Source of the DNA: a bacterium | GTDB lineage: Bacteria; UBP4; UBA4092; JAOAEQ01 | Assembly: GCA_026416715.1 (NCBI GenBank) | Contig: JAOAEQ010000003.1 | Location: forward strand, 11,698 to 75,697 | Reading direction: 5' to 3' | Length of the DNA: 64,000 nucleotides | Shown here: positions 26,422 through 35,823 of the stretch, in pieces | Numbering within the stretch: the stretch's first letter is position 1 | Layout: every line of letters starts with the position of its first letter | Notes under the pieces: generated by a model | The model's database searches: none | Seen by the model: the letters and a program-made list of their open reading frames with translations, nothing else | Told to the model about the DNA's origin: nothing | Position numbers and translations under genes: made by a program

Positions 26422-28149
26422 CTATTTATTCTTACTACGTTGCATGTGTTCCCGTTTAAAATCGTTTAGCCAATTACCATAACTATTCCAATCCCATTGA
26501 TTCAATTCCGAAAATGCACGAGTTTGAGTTAAAACCTGAATCAATTCTTTTCTTAGATAAGGATTATCAATCGTTGTTTTTACTTTTTGTATCAAATCCG
26601 ATGCTCGTTTCATTTTTCGTTTCAATAATTTCTGTTGTTCTGAGACTGGAAGTTTTTTCGGGTCAATTAAATACCGACCATATCCGAACCGAATTCCAGG
26701 ATGCCCGCATCCGAATTCCTTTGAAATTTTTAAAATAGTATCTTTTCCTTTGTTACCACCATATTGTGCTGCTGCTCGTGCATAGGATTGTTCTGGTTCG
26801 TAGGTAGATGGATTCCAAGCATAATCCGCAAACGTGGTTAATGGAATTCGGTTAGTTTCTGCAAAGAGCATCGGGTTCATAATAATTCCTTCACAAGAGT
26901 CTGGCAAATTTTTATCTCTACCCTCTAAAGGGACTAACCGAAGAATAATCGAATTATCGTTTGCAAAATAGTTATCCCAAATTAGTAATTTGCGTTGTAA
27001 TCGTCGGCGCATTTGCTCAGCATCGGATATCGTTATACGAGGTGAGGTGATATTATATCCAGTCCAAAATATCGAAATTTCCGGATGAATGGTTTCCCCA
27101 ATTTTCTGCCAATATTGTTCAGCTATTTTATAATCATCATAGTATGCCGGGGATGTAGCGTAATAGGTTGGGCAGAACAGAAACTTGATATTCGGGTAAG
27201 AGGTTTTTAAGTCGCTATATAAACGGTTAACTAAAGCTGATTGTGCACTAGCTAAATCTGGATATTGCGCTGAATCTTCAGCGTAGTTTAACTGTTTCGG
27301 CACATCGTCTAATAATAAAGCGAAATAGGTAAACCCAAGATGCATCATTGCTTTCGCTTTTTTCAGGAGCAATTGATAATCAGTTTCAGCAGAATATTTA
27401 ATGCTCAATCCCGGACTAATCGAAAAACCAAGGTCGACCCCATTCTTTTTCCCTTGGTGAATAAGTTCTTGGAATTGACACATCGCTTCAGATGAATACG
27501 ATTCCCGCCATTTTTCGCGATGGAACGGATCCCATTTTGGTGCGTAAATATATACATTAAGCTTATGGTGTTTCATAAACTCGAGCAACCGCAATCGTTC
27601 TTCATGTGACCATGGTTTCCCATAGAATCCTTCGATAACTCCACGAATTGCAAATGATGGATTTTCTATTCGATCTGTCATTTCTAGGTACCAATACTTC
27701 CGACCCTTATGGATTCGTTGTATCAGATCTTGAACTGCATAGTTACATCCTCGAATACTCGGTGAACCAAGAACGATAATATTGTTCTTATTCAGCGTAT
27801 CGGCATACAACCAATAGCCATCAGCTGTAATTTTATCAAATTGTTGTAAGCGAGTATCCAGCAGTTTTTTTAGCATCGGATTGTTGAGCGGAGAACCAAC
27901 TAGCATAATCGTTTCACCCATTTCGAACGTCTTGCTTTCAGGGGAAATAAAGGTGACTTGGATTCGATTTTTTTTGGTAAAATTCCGAATTGTATCCTTT
28001 ATGCATCGATATTGTTCCTCGGACGGAATGAGCACGACAGTCGCTTTTGACGAGATAATAATTCTTTTCACTGGATAGCTTTTTGTATTTCCAATACTGG
28101 ATAACATTAGCAAAAATAGAAGTATAATTTCAATACCTCGAATTTTCAT
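26422..28149 (-). CDS. Secreted GH84 beta-N-acetylglucosaminidase (O-GlcNAcase/NagJ family)
   Basis: Signal peptide MKIRGIEIILLFLLMLSSIGNT. FAIRGVIEGFYGKPWSHEERLRLLEFMKHHKLNVYIYAPKWDPFHREKWRESY is the hallmark GH84 N-terminal catalytic segment. FALLLDDV carries the catalytic Asp-Asp. Also FCPTYY, IFWTG, LLIWDNYFANDN. Confidence 0.8.
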   Translation of the reverse strand: MKIRGIEIILLFLLMLSSIGNTKSYPVKRIIISSKATVVLIPSEEQYRCIKDTIRNFTKKNRIQVTFISPESKTFEMGETIMLVGSPLNNPMLKKLLDTRLQQFDKITADGYWLYADTLNKNNIIVLGSPSIRGCNYAVQDLIQRIHKGRKYWYLEMTDRIENPSFAIRGVIEGFYGKPWSHEERLRLLEFMKHHKLNVYIYAPKWDPFHREKWRESYSSEAMCQFQELIHQGKKNGVDLGFSISPGLSIKYSAETDYQLLLKKAKAMMHLGFTYFALLLDDVPKQLNYAEDSAQYPDLASAQSALVNRLYSDLKTSYPNIKFLFCPTYYATSPAYYDDYKIAEQYWQKIGETIHPEISIFWTGYNITSPRITISDAEQMRRRLQRKLLIWDNYFANDNSIILRLVPLEGRDKNLPDSCEGIIMNPMLFAETNRIPLTTFADYAWNPSTYEPEQSYARAAAQYGGNKGKDTILKISKEFGCGHPGIRFGYGRYLIDPKKLPVSEQQKLLKRKMKRASDLIQKVKTTIDNPYLRKELIQVLTQTRAFSELNQWDWNSYGNWLNDFKREHMQRSKNK

Positions 28150-28238
28150 TGTATTTGATACTATATGATGATACCATCACTAATTTTTGTTAGATACCTT
28201 TTTACCAAACGCTTAAACATAATGGGGCATAGTAAATT

Positions 28239-29555
28239 TTAAATGTATTTTCTTTTACGCATTGCATCGTAAACGCGTTCCATAGCAATTTGTACCGAGG
28301 TCAGGTATAAACTCGTATTATTTTCTTTACTTGTTTGAAATATTTGTGACAAACTTTTATCAAATTTCTCTTCGATAATTTTGAATACCTGCTCTTTACT
28401 GATCTTAATTGCACTTAAAGAACGAGAATATTCTTCCATAGAAGCAATCACACCGCCACTATTTGCTATAATATCAGGTATAATTGTAATATTCTTTTTT
28501 TCCAAAACTTCTAGTCCATCGACAGTAATTGGATTATTTGCTGCACATACGACACTTTTCGCCTTGACCAGTTCAGCGGTTTTGCTGTCTAAAACATTGC
28601 CACAAGCTGCAGGAATTAAAATATCAACCTCTAATGAAAACAACTCTTCATTACTTAATTCTGATGGTGTAAACCCTCTAACCGTTCTCATTGTTTGACT
28701 ATAACCTATTAAGTTAGGAATATCTAATCCTTTTCTATCAAAAACTCCTCCGCTTGCATCAGTAATTCCAATTATTTTAATCCCTTTTTGATATAAAAAT
28801 AATGCGGTATGACTACCAACATTTCCGAAACCTTGAATAGCTACTCGGCAGTGTTCCGGCTTAATATGCAAGATATTCTGCAACAACCATAAACAGCTGT
28901 AACATACCCCGTAGCCAGTACTTTCTTTACGACCGGGCAACCATCCGGGGATCCCGTCCGGTTTGCCGGTAACGGACGCTGGGTCTAACGTTTCGTTATA
29001 AATAAACGCCATTTCTTCCGGTCCAGTGCCCATATCGGGTGCAGGGACATAGGTATGGTCAACAAGGTATCGTCTAATTTGATGAGCCAGTTCACTACAA
29101 ACATCTAACGCAATAACTTTTTCGAATTCATAATCGTACGATTGTTTATTGAAAAACCGGTATAATTCAGGAAAATTAATTCGAATACCAGTTTTCCCGC
29201 CGCCAAACTCGATGTCAACGATAGCCGTTTTTAACGTCATTAATCGCGATAATTCTACCGTTTCATCTACTGTAACATCTTCAGCTAACCGAATTCCTCC
29301 TTTGAATGGACCACGAGCATTATTATGTAGACTTAACACGCCCCATAGTACTGGTACTTTGCCCCAAGATTTTATCGGTAAGCGAAAAACAACGATTTGT
29401 TGTGGGTTGATTAAGCTATCTATTATTTGTTGGTTGAATCCAGCTTGTTCCCCAGCTTTTTGTAACAACGTTGATGATAGTGTCGGAGCTTCACTTTGAT
29501 AAAATAATTTCTTTAAAGGGGTAGTTTGCTCTTCGTGTGAAATATTCATTGCCAT
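28239..29555 (-). CDS. Glu/Leu/Phe/Val-family amino-acid dehydrogenase (most likely glutamate dehydrogenase)
   Basis: GPFKGGIRLAEDVTVDETVELSRLMTLKTAIVDIEFGGGKTGI (the KGGiR / GGgK catalytic-lysine region) and IQGFGNVGSH (dinucleotide fold). Confidence 0.85.
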   Translation of the reverse strand: MAMNISHEEQTTPLKKLFYQSEAPTLSSTLLQKAGEQAGFNQQIIDSLINPQQIVVFRLPIKSWGKVPVLWGVLSLHNNARGPFKGGIRLAEDVTVDETVELSRLMTLKTAIVDIEFGGGKTGIRINFPELYRFFNKQSYDYEFEKVIALDVCSELAHQIRRYLVDHTYVPAPDMGTGPEEMAFIYNETLDPASVTGKPDGIPGWLPGRKESTGYGVCYSCLWLLQNILHIKPEHCRVAIQGFGNVGSHTALFLYQKGIKIIGITDASGGVFDRKGLDIPNLIGYSQTMRTVRGFTPSELSNEELFSLEVDILIPAACGNVLDSKTAELVKAKSVVCAANNPITVDGLEVLEKKNITIIPDIIANSGGVIASMEEYSRSLSAIKISKEQVFKIIEEKFDKSLSQIFQTSKENNTSLYLTSVQIAMERVYDAMRKRKYI

Positions 29556-29568
29556 AGAAGTAGAAGTT

Positions 29569-30420
29569 TTAACAGATACTAAATGTTTTAGGAATATTAT
29601 CCAAGTCTTGTTTATAATTTACATAATACTGATTGAAAAATAACAACAAACACTCTGAAAAGTCGCAAACGAATTGGTATCTTTTATTTGCATCATTTCG
29701 AATTCGTAAATGGATTTCAATTTGTTCTGCATCAATGCCATCCACATTGTGACTACCATAAGTTTTTACGGTATACCCGCCTGATATGTTTGCGGGGGTT
29801 GGCTTTTCCGGACGAGGGTAAACATCGTATCCTTTTTGCAGCAGTAGCCGGATTAGTCCATAGTTATCATGGAGCACATTTGTACCGAATTGTTCAGTCA
29901 TTGTTTGGATAGTCAATCCGTTACAATCGCCAAAATAAATATCCCCGGACTCGGTACATTGCCCATGAATATCAATGAGTAATCCGTGCTGGAATGTTAA
30001 TGTAATTGAACGAATAGCTGCTCGAATCTGTCGATGGTATAATTCATATACTTCTTTTGCTAATGGATGCTGATATGCTTCTTCCGGTGTGCGGTTTACA
30101 TCAAGGTACTTTCGATCTAACAAATTGATTACTAAATATGGTCGTTTACCAGTTACTTGATGGATATATGTTTCAATAGATAAAGCTACTTCAATAGTGT
30201 AAACATCCGTTTCAGTCGCAAAATCCTTTAAAAAAGGATTGGGGTTCCGTTTGGGAAGACTACAAATCGATGAAGTGCCGCCATGGGGCACGGTTAACAG
30301 TATAGGTATATCGCCAGATTTATAGAGCACCATATTCGGCGAAGTATCTTTTATCCATAATTCAAAATTATCCAGATACCTATTATCTTTTTCAAAAAAT
30401 GCTGTTCTTACTAAACTCAT
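29569..30420 (-). CDS. N-formylglutamate amidohydrolase (FGase/HutG-like) family protein
   Basis: PILLTVPHGGTSS, FATETDVYT and LLIDIHGQ resemble the metal-ligand motifs of PF05013. Size ~280 aa. Adjacent to the glutamate dehydrogenase gene. Confidence 0.45.
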   Translation of the reverse strand: MSLVRTAFFEKDNRYLDNFELWIKDTSPNMVLYKSGDIPILLTVPHGGTSSICSLPKRNPNPFLKDFATETDVYTIEVALSIETYIHQVTGKRPYLVINLLDRKYLDVNRTPEEAYQHPLAKEVYELYHRQIRAAIRSITLTFQHGLLIDIHGQCTESGDIYFGDCNGLTIQTMTEQFGTNVLHDNYGLIRLLLQKGYDVYPRPEKPTPANISGGYTVKTYGSHNVDGIDAEQIEIHLRIRNDANKRYQFVCDFSECLLLFFNQYYVNYKQDLDNIPKTFSIC

Positions 30421-30424
30421 TCTA

Positions 30425-30484
30425 GTAAATAAAACAAGGGCAAGAAGCCTGAAATCAGTGTCATACTGATTCCCGACTTCTTGC
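30425..30484 (-). terminator. Rho-independent terminator downstream of the pseudopilin gene 30548-31183
   Basis: On the minus strand GCAAGAAG...CTTCTTGC (30440-30484) with an inner AATCAG/CTGATT stem, followed by CCTTGTTTTATTT. Confidence 0.55.
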
Positions 30485-30547
30485 TATTTAATACCATTAT
30501 TGATTGAAAACCACCTGACCAATAACTACCAAACTTACACCAATCAA

Positions 30548-31183
30548 CTATAAACCCGGTTCCCAATCGTAGCTTGGATTCGTTCCCCGCCATTCGTATG
30601 GTTCTGCATGTTTTTGCGACCGGAAAATATTCCCATAACTGCTAACTCCATTAGTGGGATCATATTCAATCACATGCCGCCAACCGCGTGTTACCGGTAA
30701 CCGTTGATTATAATATACTCCATCCGGACCAACTGAAATAGTTCGCCAATCCCCATAAGCTTTTTCTCGCGCTTCCGGATAGAAGTTGAGATACTTACCC
30801 TGTGCAATTTCCCAGACGATATTGTGATATGTATACCATTGCTTTTCAGCAATCGATGATGATTCTCCACTTGTTCTACCGGGTTGTAAAAACGGGTCAA
30901 TCAGCCCTTTAGCATTCGTAATATATGCTACTGGGGTAGTTAAAGTAACTGGAATACCCGCTGCCGACCCCGTCGTTGTTGGTGCTGTTAGGGGATAATA
31001 ATTGTTATCCACATAATACGATTCGAGAGCGGTTGCCACAGTTTTTAATTCACCCCGTACGCGAGATACTTTTGCACGAACTTGTGCCGCTAAAAAGTTT
31101 GGAATTGCTATTGCGGCTAAAATGGCTATAATCGCAACGACAATCAATAATTCAATGAGCGTGAATCCTTTTAACGACTTCAT
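30548..31183 (-). CDS. Prepilin-type N-terminal cleavage/methylation domain protein, GspG-like pseudopilin
   Basis: MKSLKG|FTLIELLIVVAIIAILAAIAIPNFLAAQVRAKVSRVRGELKTVATALESYYVDNNYYP (class III signal peptide with Glu+5). C-terminal SVGPDG...YDPTNGVSSYGNIFR. AGGAGGTG Shine-Dalgarno upstream. Confidence 0.8.
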   Translation of the reverse strand: MKSLKGFTLIELLIVVAIIAILAAIAIPNFLAAQVRAKVSRVRGELKTVATALESYYVDNNYYPLTAPTTTGSAAGIPVTLTTPVAYITNAKGLIDPFLQPGRTSGESSSIAEKQWYTYHNIVWEIAQGKYLNFYPEAREKAYGDWRTISVGPDGVYYNQRLPVTRGWRHVIEYDPTNGVSSYGNIFRSQKHAEPYEWRGTNPSYDWEPGL

Positions 31184-31391
31184 AATAAAATATAATCACC
31201 TCCTTACTATTTAATAGAGATTAGCTATTTATATATGACGTTACCGCCGCCATGATATTTCATATTTCATTCTCCAGCACTTGTTTCCGTTTGATAGGTC
31301 ATACGAGATTACAACACAATTCTGACTGTTTTATTGGTTAACGGAAGTACCTTAAAAAGGTAACAATTCACATTCTGCATAACTTTCCCGT

Positions 31392-31997
31392 TTAAGGACC
31401 GAATCGTGCAATAATTCCTAAACTAACCACGCCATTACTTGGATCATAAACAGTAGTAAGTGTAGTTCCTTTAGGACCAACACTCCATAGTCGCCAATGA
31501 AAGGTACGCCCGCTCGGATACGGAAAAATCCCTGGACCGAGATTATTTTTGCAAATACCAATGTATTGATATCTGCGCCGATTTCCTTGCATTCCTGGAT
31601 AAAAGGTTTGACTACCCCAGTTGAATGGATCCAAGTAAATTTGGGTTATGTAACTGACTGGAGTAGTTAAACAAATCAATTCACAATCCATCGGGATCAA
31701 GTCCGCTGGCATACTTAATTCCCATGGTTGACATCGCCACCACGGTTCTGTTACTCCGTCTCGAATCCAAGTCCTTGCCGGATCAGTGGTTGAACTAGGA
31801 TACGCAGTATTATCAACTCGATACGATTCCAGTGCTGTACCGATAGATTTCATATCCGCCTGTGCCCGGGAAACTTTCGACCGGGTTTGCGCTAATAAAA
31901 AGTTTGGAATCGCAATTGCGGCTAGAATGGCTATAATAGCGACAACAATGAGTAATTCTATTAAAGTAAAAGCGTTGCGTTTTCGAAACAAATTCAT
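31392..31997 (-). CDS. Prepilin-type N-terminal cleavage/methylation domain protein, GspG-like pseudopilin
   Basis: MNLFRKRNA|FTLIELLIVVAIIAILAAIAIPNFLLAQTRSKVSRAQADMKSIGTALESY. C-terminal SVGPKG...YDPSNGVVSLGIIARF. Position -1 is Ala rather than Gly. AAGGAGAG Shine-Dalgarno upstream. Confidence 0.8.
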   Translation of the reverse strand: MNLFRKRNAFTLIELLIVVAIIAILAAIAIPNFLLAQTRSKVSRAQADMKSIGTALESYRVDNTAYPSSTTDPARTWIRDGVTEPWWRCQPWELSMPADLIPMDCELICLTTPVSYITQIYLDPFNWGSQTFYPGMQGNRRRYQYIGICKNNLGPGIFPYPSGRTFHWRLWSVGPKGTTLTTVYDPSNGVVSLGIIARFGP

Positions 31998-32069
31998 TGA
32001 TTCCTATTACTCTCCTTTTTAAATATTTATTTCAATATGAAACCCGAATTTTTTCATAATCGGATATGT

Positions 32070-32128
32070 ATGAAAAAGCTTCCTAAGGCAGGCAGGAAAT
32101 CAAACCTTCCTACCCAGCCTTAGGAAGC
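32070..32128 (-). terminator. Rho-independent terminator downstream of the TolB-like gene
   Basis: A perfect 12-bp stem, GCTTCCTAAGGC (32078-32089) with GCCTTAGGAAGC (32117-32128). On the minus strand it is followed by TTTTTCAT. Confidence 0.6.
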
Positions 32129-32148
32129 ATAAATAGTTCCACCATGAT

Positions 32149-33726
32149 TTATTGCAGGTCAAGTTTCTGCGATTGTATTATTTCCGCTTCCTTATTCGGG
32201 AATATAGGTGCACTCGTTGGAATTACCGTTATATGGATCACCGTTTGTGTCGGTTCAGCATCAGTAAGAATCAAATCTACATTACCGGCAGCTTCTGCAG
32301 TAAATGTAACCGAGTTAGCTGTGGTAGTGATAGAACCGATTCCTGTAGTACTAAGTGACCAGCTATATGGTGGTGTTCCGCCGGTTGCAAAAAATTCACG
32401 GGTCTGACCAATAGATAGGGTTACTGGTCCTGCTGGATTTGCTACAAGCGGATCCGGAACAATAATAATAGGAATTGTGGTTGACTGAGCTGGTGCAGCT
32501 GGTGGTGTTACCGACCCTGGTTCATTCAGGGTAAGATCTGTCCCGCGACTTAATGCCGTGAATATAACTTGCCTGCCGGTCAACGTATTGATGCTACCAC
32601 CAGTTCCGGTTGTACTCCAACTGTAATTCTTTAATCCACCACGTGCCCGCAATGTGGTTGAAACACCGGGTTTCAGGGTAACTTTATCTACTGGTAATCC
32701 ATCGAGCCGAATTTGTAACGTGCCTACTGCCGTATATATCCGGCGGTTCGCTGAACCTGCACTGTGTCGGTCGGAAATGAAAAATATCCGGTCCATTTCA
32801 GCATCGAAAACCGTGTTGCCATCAGTTGACGGTGAATCGAGCTCTGTCAAAAGCGCTGGTGAACTCCAGTCAGTAGCTTCTGCTGGTTTTACACTCATCC
32901 ACGGTTCCTGAGACGCTAGTGAACGGGAACTGAAATAGAGATATTTTTCATTCGGAGTTGACCAGGGATATCGAGTTCGATAAACGCCACTATCAGGAGT
33001 CCCGCCTAAATTCACCGTTGTACTTACAAACACCGGAAATTGCCATACTCCACCGACTTTTGTAGATTTCCAAATCTGTCCAAAACCTTGCGGCGAACTG
33101 GAATGATATGGATTACCGTACGTATATCCCGAATACGTTGCCACGGTAACCGCAGCGAGCGGCGCATTCATTAGACCATAATATAATGTGTTACCGTCTG
33201 GGGTAATATAGGGGCATTCAGCACCCCAACCCGCAGCGGTACCTACCATAGTCCGATAACTAATCGGTGCACCGAGAAATAATACTGTCGCCGACGACCA
33301 AGGGTCATTCGCAGTACTGCGAATAGCTACAAATAAATCGTACGCATCAGGTGTACTCCCTGGGATATCAGTTCGTCGAGAACAAAAGTATAACTCTCTG
33401 CCATCTGCAGTTATACTTGCTCCTAATACTTCATCGAATGAGGTATTGATTGGTGCACCAATGTTAACTGGAGTAGTCCATCGGCCGGACGCATCAGTGG
33501 TACTAATCCAAATATCATAACCACCTAAACCGCCGGCACGGTTGGAACATATAAAGAGCGTTTTCCCATCGGGAGAAACCCCAACTGAAGCGTCTGTCGC
33601 AGCCGTAATCGGTCCATGTCCCGGTGCCGCATCCGTATCGATTAAATATGGAGTTAACCATTCAGCTCCGTAACTGCTTGACATTGCAAGCGTTAGGAGT
33701 ATAAATGTAATTAATAGTTTTTGCAT
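32149..33726 (-). CDS. Secreted TolB-like (PD40/WD40-like) beta-propeller protein with two C-terminal Ig-like domains
   Basis: Start moved to the ATG at 33726 (MQKLLITFILLTLAMSSSYGAEW, a signal peptide), preceded by GGAGGGA. PD40-like repeats: SPDGKTLFICSNRAGGLGGYDIWIS, ADGRELYFCSRR, TPDGNTLYYG, EKYLYFSSRS, RIFFISDRHS. Ig modules ARGGLKNYSWS and ATGGTPPYSWS. Tail TSAPIFPNKEAEIIQSQKLDLQ. Confidence 0.65.
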   Translation of the reverse strand: MQKLLITFILLTLAMSSSYGAEWLTPYLIDTDAAPGHGPITAATDASVGVSPDGKTLFICSNRAGGLGGYDIWISTTDASGRWTTPVNIGAPINTSFDEVLGASITADGRELYFCSRRTDIPGSTPDAYDLFVAIRSTANDPWSSATVLFLGAPISYRTMVGTAAGWGAECPYITPDGNTLYYGLMNAPLAAVTVATYSGYTYGNPYHSSSPQGFGQIWKSTKVGGVWQFPVFVSTTVNLGGTPDSGVYRTRYPWSTPNEKYLYFSSRSLASQEPWMSVKPAEATDWSSPALLTELDSPSTDGNTVFDAEMDRIFFISDRHSAGSANRRIYTAVGTLQIRLDGLPVDKVTLKPGVSTTLRARGGLKNYSWSTTGTGGSINTLTGRQVIFTALSRGTDLTLNEPGSVTPPAAPAQSTTIPIIIVPDPLVANPAGPVTLSIGQTREFFATGGTPPYSWSLSTTGIGSITTTANSVTFTAEAAGNVDLILTDAEPTQTVIHITVIPTSAPIFPNKEAEIIQSQKLDLQ

Positions 33727-33787
33727 TATGTTATCCCTCCTTTCTCTAGTAAGTTTTAAAATGATTATTTTACAAAGTAAATCTTTT

Positions 33788-33819
33788 GAAGATGTGGAGA
33801 AATTTTTCTCCACATCTTC
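33788..33819 (-). terminator. Palindromic hairpin downstream of the beta-helix gene 33847-35823 (terminator-like; the T-tract is only on the plus-strand side)
   Basis: GAAGATGTGGAGAAA (33788-33802) and TTTCTCCACATCTTC (33805-33819) form perfect 15-bp arms. TTTTGAT follows on the plus strand and AAAAGAT on the minus strand. Confidence 0.35.
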
Positions 33820-33846
33820 TTTTGATATTGAGAACTCGTTGTAGTA

Positions 33847-35823
33847 CTATTCAAAAATTTCGAATCTAGTTTCTTTTGTTTCCATTACATCAGTAAATAA
33901 CGGTGCTGATGTCGGAGTAACAAATACAGGAATTACCGCAGTCTGAGCTGCTCCATCGGTAACGGTGATATTCCCCGTAGCAGTAGTATCCGCCGGCGTA
34001 AATTGTACCATTCGGCCGGTATTCATATCTAACGTTCCTACTCCACCATTTACTACCCAATTGAAAGGTTCAATCCCGCCAGAAACACTTATCGGTATTG
34101 GCGCACCACTTGGTCGAGTGTAAATAATTGTCGGAGAATAAACCAACGGTGATATCACTTCATCGCATCCTTTCCATGGTGCAGTTAAACTCCGTGCGTT
34201 TCCATCAAAATCAGTAGTAATCATTATCGGGCTAGTAATCGGTATCCCAGGAGTTAACGGAGCCGGATTCGGTCCTGTAAAATGTAAATCGGTGGTTGAA
34301 ACCCAATAATTCGGGCTGGTTGCAAACGGGTCAACCGCCTGCGAATTCGTATCTTTCCCACTATACGTTTTCCAATCATTGAGCGTCGTATATGCCGAAC
34401 TTCCAACAAAAGCTACCACCGGATCAGAGCCCGCAGTGTACCAGTTGTTATAATCTGAAATGATATTCGGTAAACTTTCAGGTACTCCAACATAGAGAAT
34501 ACACCCGCCTGCCTGTGCTTGTCGGACGATATTATTCTTCATAATCATAGTTCCAACATACGGTAGCTGTGCTGAAGTTGTACTTACTCCGAAAGCAAAA
34601 CATTTCCATGGGGTATAAGTAAACCCGTCGAAATGTGGCATGTTAATCGAATTATGGAATAGGTTAACATTCGCTGTGGTCGAAAGAACTATTACTGCTC
34701 GATAATTTTGATTAATCGCAGCTGGAGTGAAGGTGAACCCGCCCATCATATTATTGTAAATATTGTAAGTACAGGTTCCTACTCCATTCACTTGAAGGAC
34801 TATCGCGCTAATTCCCCAAGAGATACTTTGCGGTGTATTCGTACCAGCAGTCCCAGGAGTAATATTTCTACAGGTCATAAAATCGAAATTGTTATTGCAA
34901 ATGGTAATAGTCCAGTTTGTATTATTACTCCCTTCGTGATTGATACCTCGACCACCAATGTATCCATTTGGTGCGATGATCCAGATCCGATTATTTGAAA
35001 TCGTTCCACTAGCGTTAGCTAATAATCTAATGGTATCTCGCTGACCAATAAGCGTATTACCCGTAATTAACCAATCGGTTGGTGCTATTCCTGAAGGAGG
35101 ATTTAATCCGGAAACACAACCGACCGCTACGCCGATAACACTGGACGTACAAGCAATATAACAATTCTGTACCGTCCATCTATCCGGTGCAGCAGCACTA
35201 ATCATCCCAAACGCAACGCCATACTGGTAAACTGCGGAATTACTACATCGGTTGATGATATTGCAATTTTTTATGGTTACATTATCACAATCACCAACAA
35301 CGTAAATAATTCGAGCTGAAGTTGGTGTGCCAACAGTATTGCAAATTGTCAGGTCCCGTGTTGTACTTCCGCTGTTTGAACCGTCAATAGTGAACCCATC
35401 CATTTTTGCTAGGTTCAGAGTGCCATCAGCGGTAGTAAAACCGCTATGTGTCCCCCCGATTAGCAAAAGACCCGGAACCACTTGATCCGGTATGTTGCCA
35501 AAGGTTATCGTGGGTTTAACCCCAGAACCAGGTTTAATCGTCACCGTAGTTCCTGCACCAAGTGTACGCATAAAAAATACACAGGTCGTTTCACTTAAAT
35601 CGGTCATAATTTCGAGCGTCCAATTTCCAGTATTAGCAGTTGTATTAAAATCGAGCGACGCTTCATATAAACTGGTATAATCACAAAGTGTAGTACCAAC
35701 AGTTGAGGTTCCCTGTCCCGCTGGTGGGTCACTATACTTTTTAGCGGAACAAAAACTCACACAAATTATAACCATTATAGAAATCAGTATACTCTTACTA
35801 TATTTACTAAACTTCATCGTCAT
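33847..35823 (-). CDS. Secreted right-handed parallel beta-helix repeat protein plus Ig-like domain
   Basis: Signal peptide ...IMVIICVSFCSA|KKYSDPPAGQGTS. Repetitive N/G/T/I-rich ~22-aa turns (ITIKNCNIIN, VQNCYIA, ISNNRIWI, ICNNNFD, MKNNIVR). TTDFDGNARSLTAPWKGCDE is the typical end of beta-helix regions. Ig module VSGGIEPFNWV. Tail TSAPLFTDVMETKETRFEIFE. AAGGAGGAG Shine-Dalgarno upstream. Confidence 0.6.
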   Translation of the reverse strand: MTMKFSKYSKSILISIMVIICVSFCSAKKYSDPPAGQGTSTVGTTLCDYTSLYEASLDFNTTANTGNWTLEIMTDLSETTCVFFMRTLGAGTTVTIKPGSGVKPTITFGNIPDQVVPGLLLIGGTHSGFTTADGTLNLAKMDGFTIDGSNSGSTTRDLTICNTVGTPTSARIIYVVGDCDNVTIKNCNIINRCSNSAVYQYGVAFGMISAAAPDRWTVQNCYIACTSSVIGVAVGCVSGLNPPSGIAPTDWLITGNTLIGQRDTIRLLANASGTISNNRIWIIAPNGYIGGRGINHEGSNNTNWTITICNNNFDFMTCRNITPGTAGTNTPQSISWGISAIVLQVNGVGTCTYNIYNNMMGGFTFTPAAINQNYRAVIVLSTTANVNLFHNSINMPHFDGFTYTPWKCFAFGVSTTSAQLPYVGTMIMKNNIVRQAQAGGCILYVGVPESLPNIISDYNNWYTAGSDPVVAFVGSSAYTTLNDWKTYSGKDTNSQAVDPFATSPNYWVSTTDLHFTGPNPAPLTPGIPITSPIMITTDFDGNARSLTAPWKGCDEVISPLVYSPTIIYTRPSGAPIPISVSGGIEPFNWVVNGGVGTLDMNTGRMVQFTPADTTATGNITVTDGAAQTAVIPVFVTPTSAPLFTDVMETKETRFEIFE

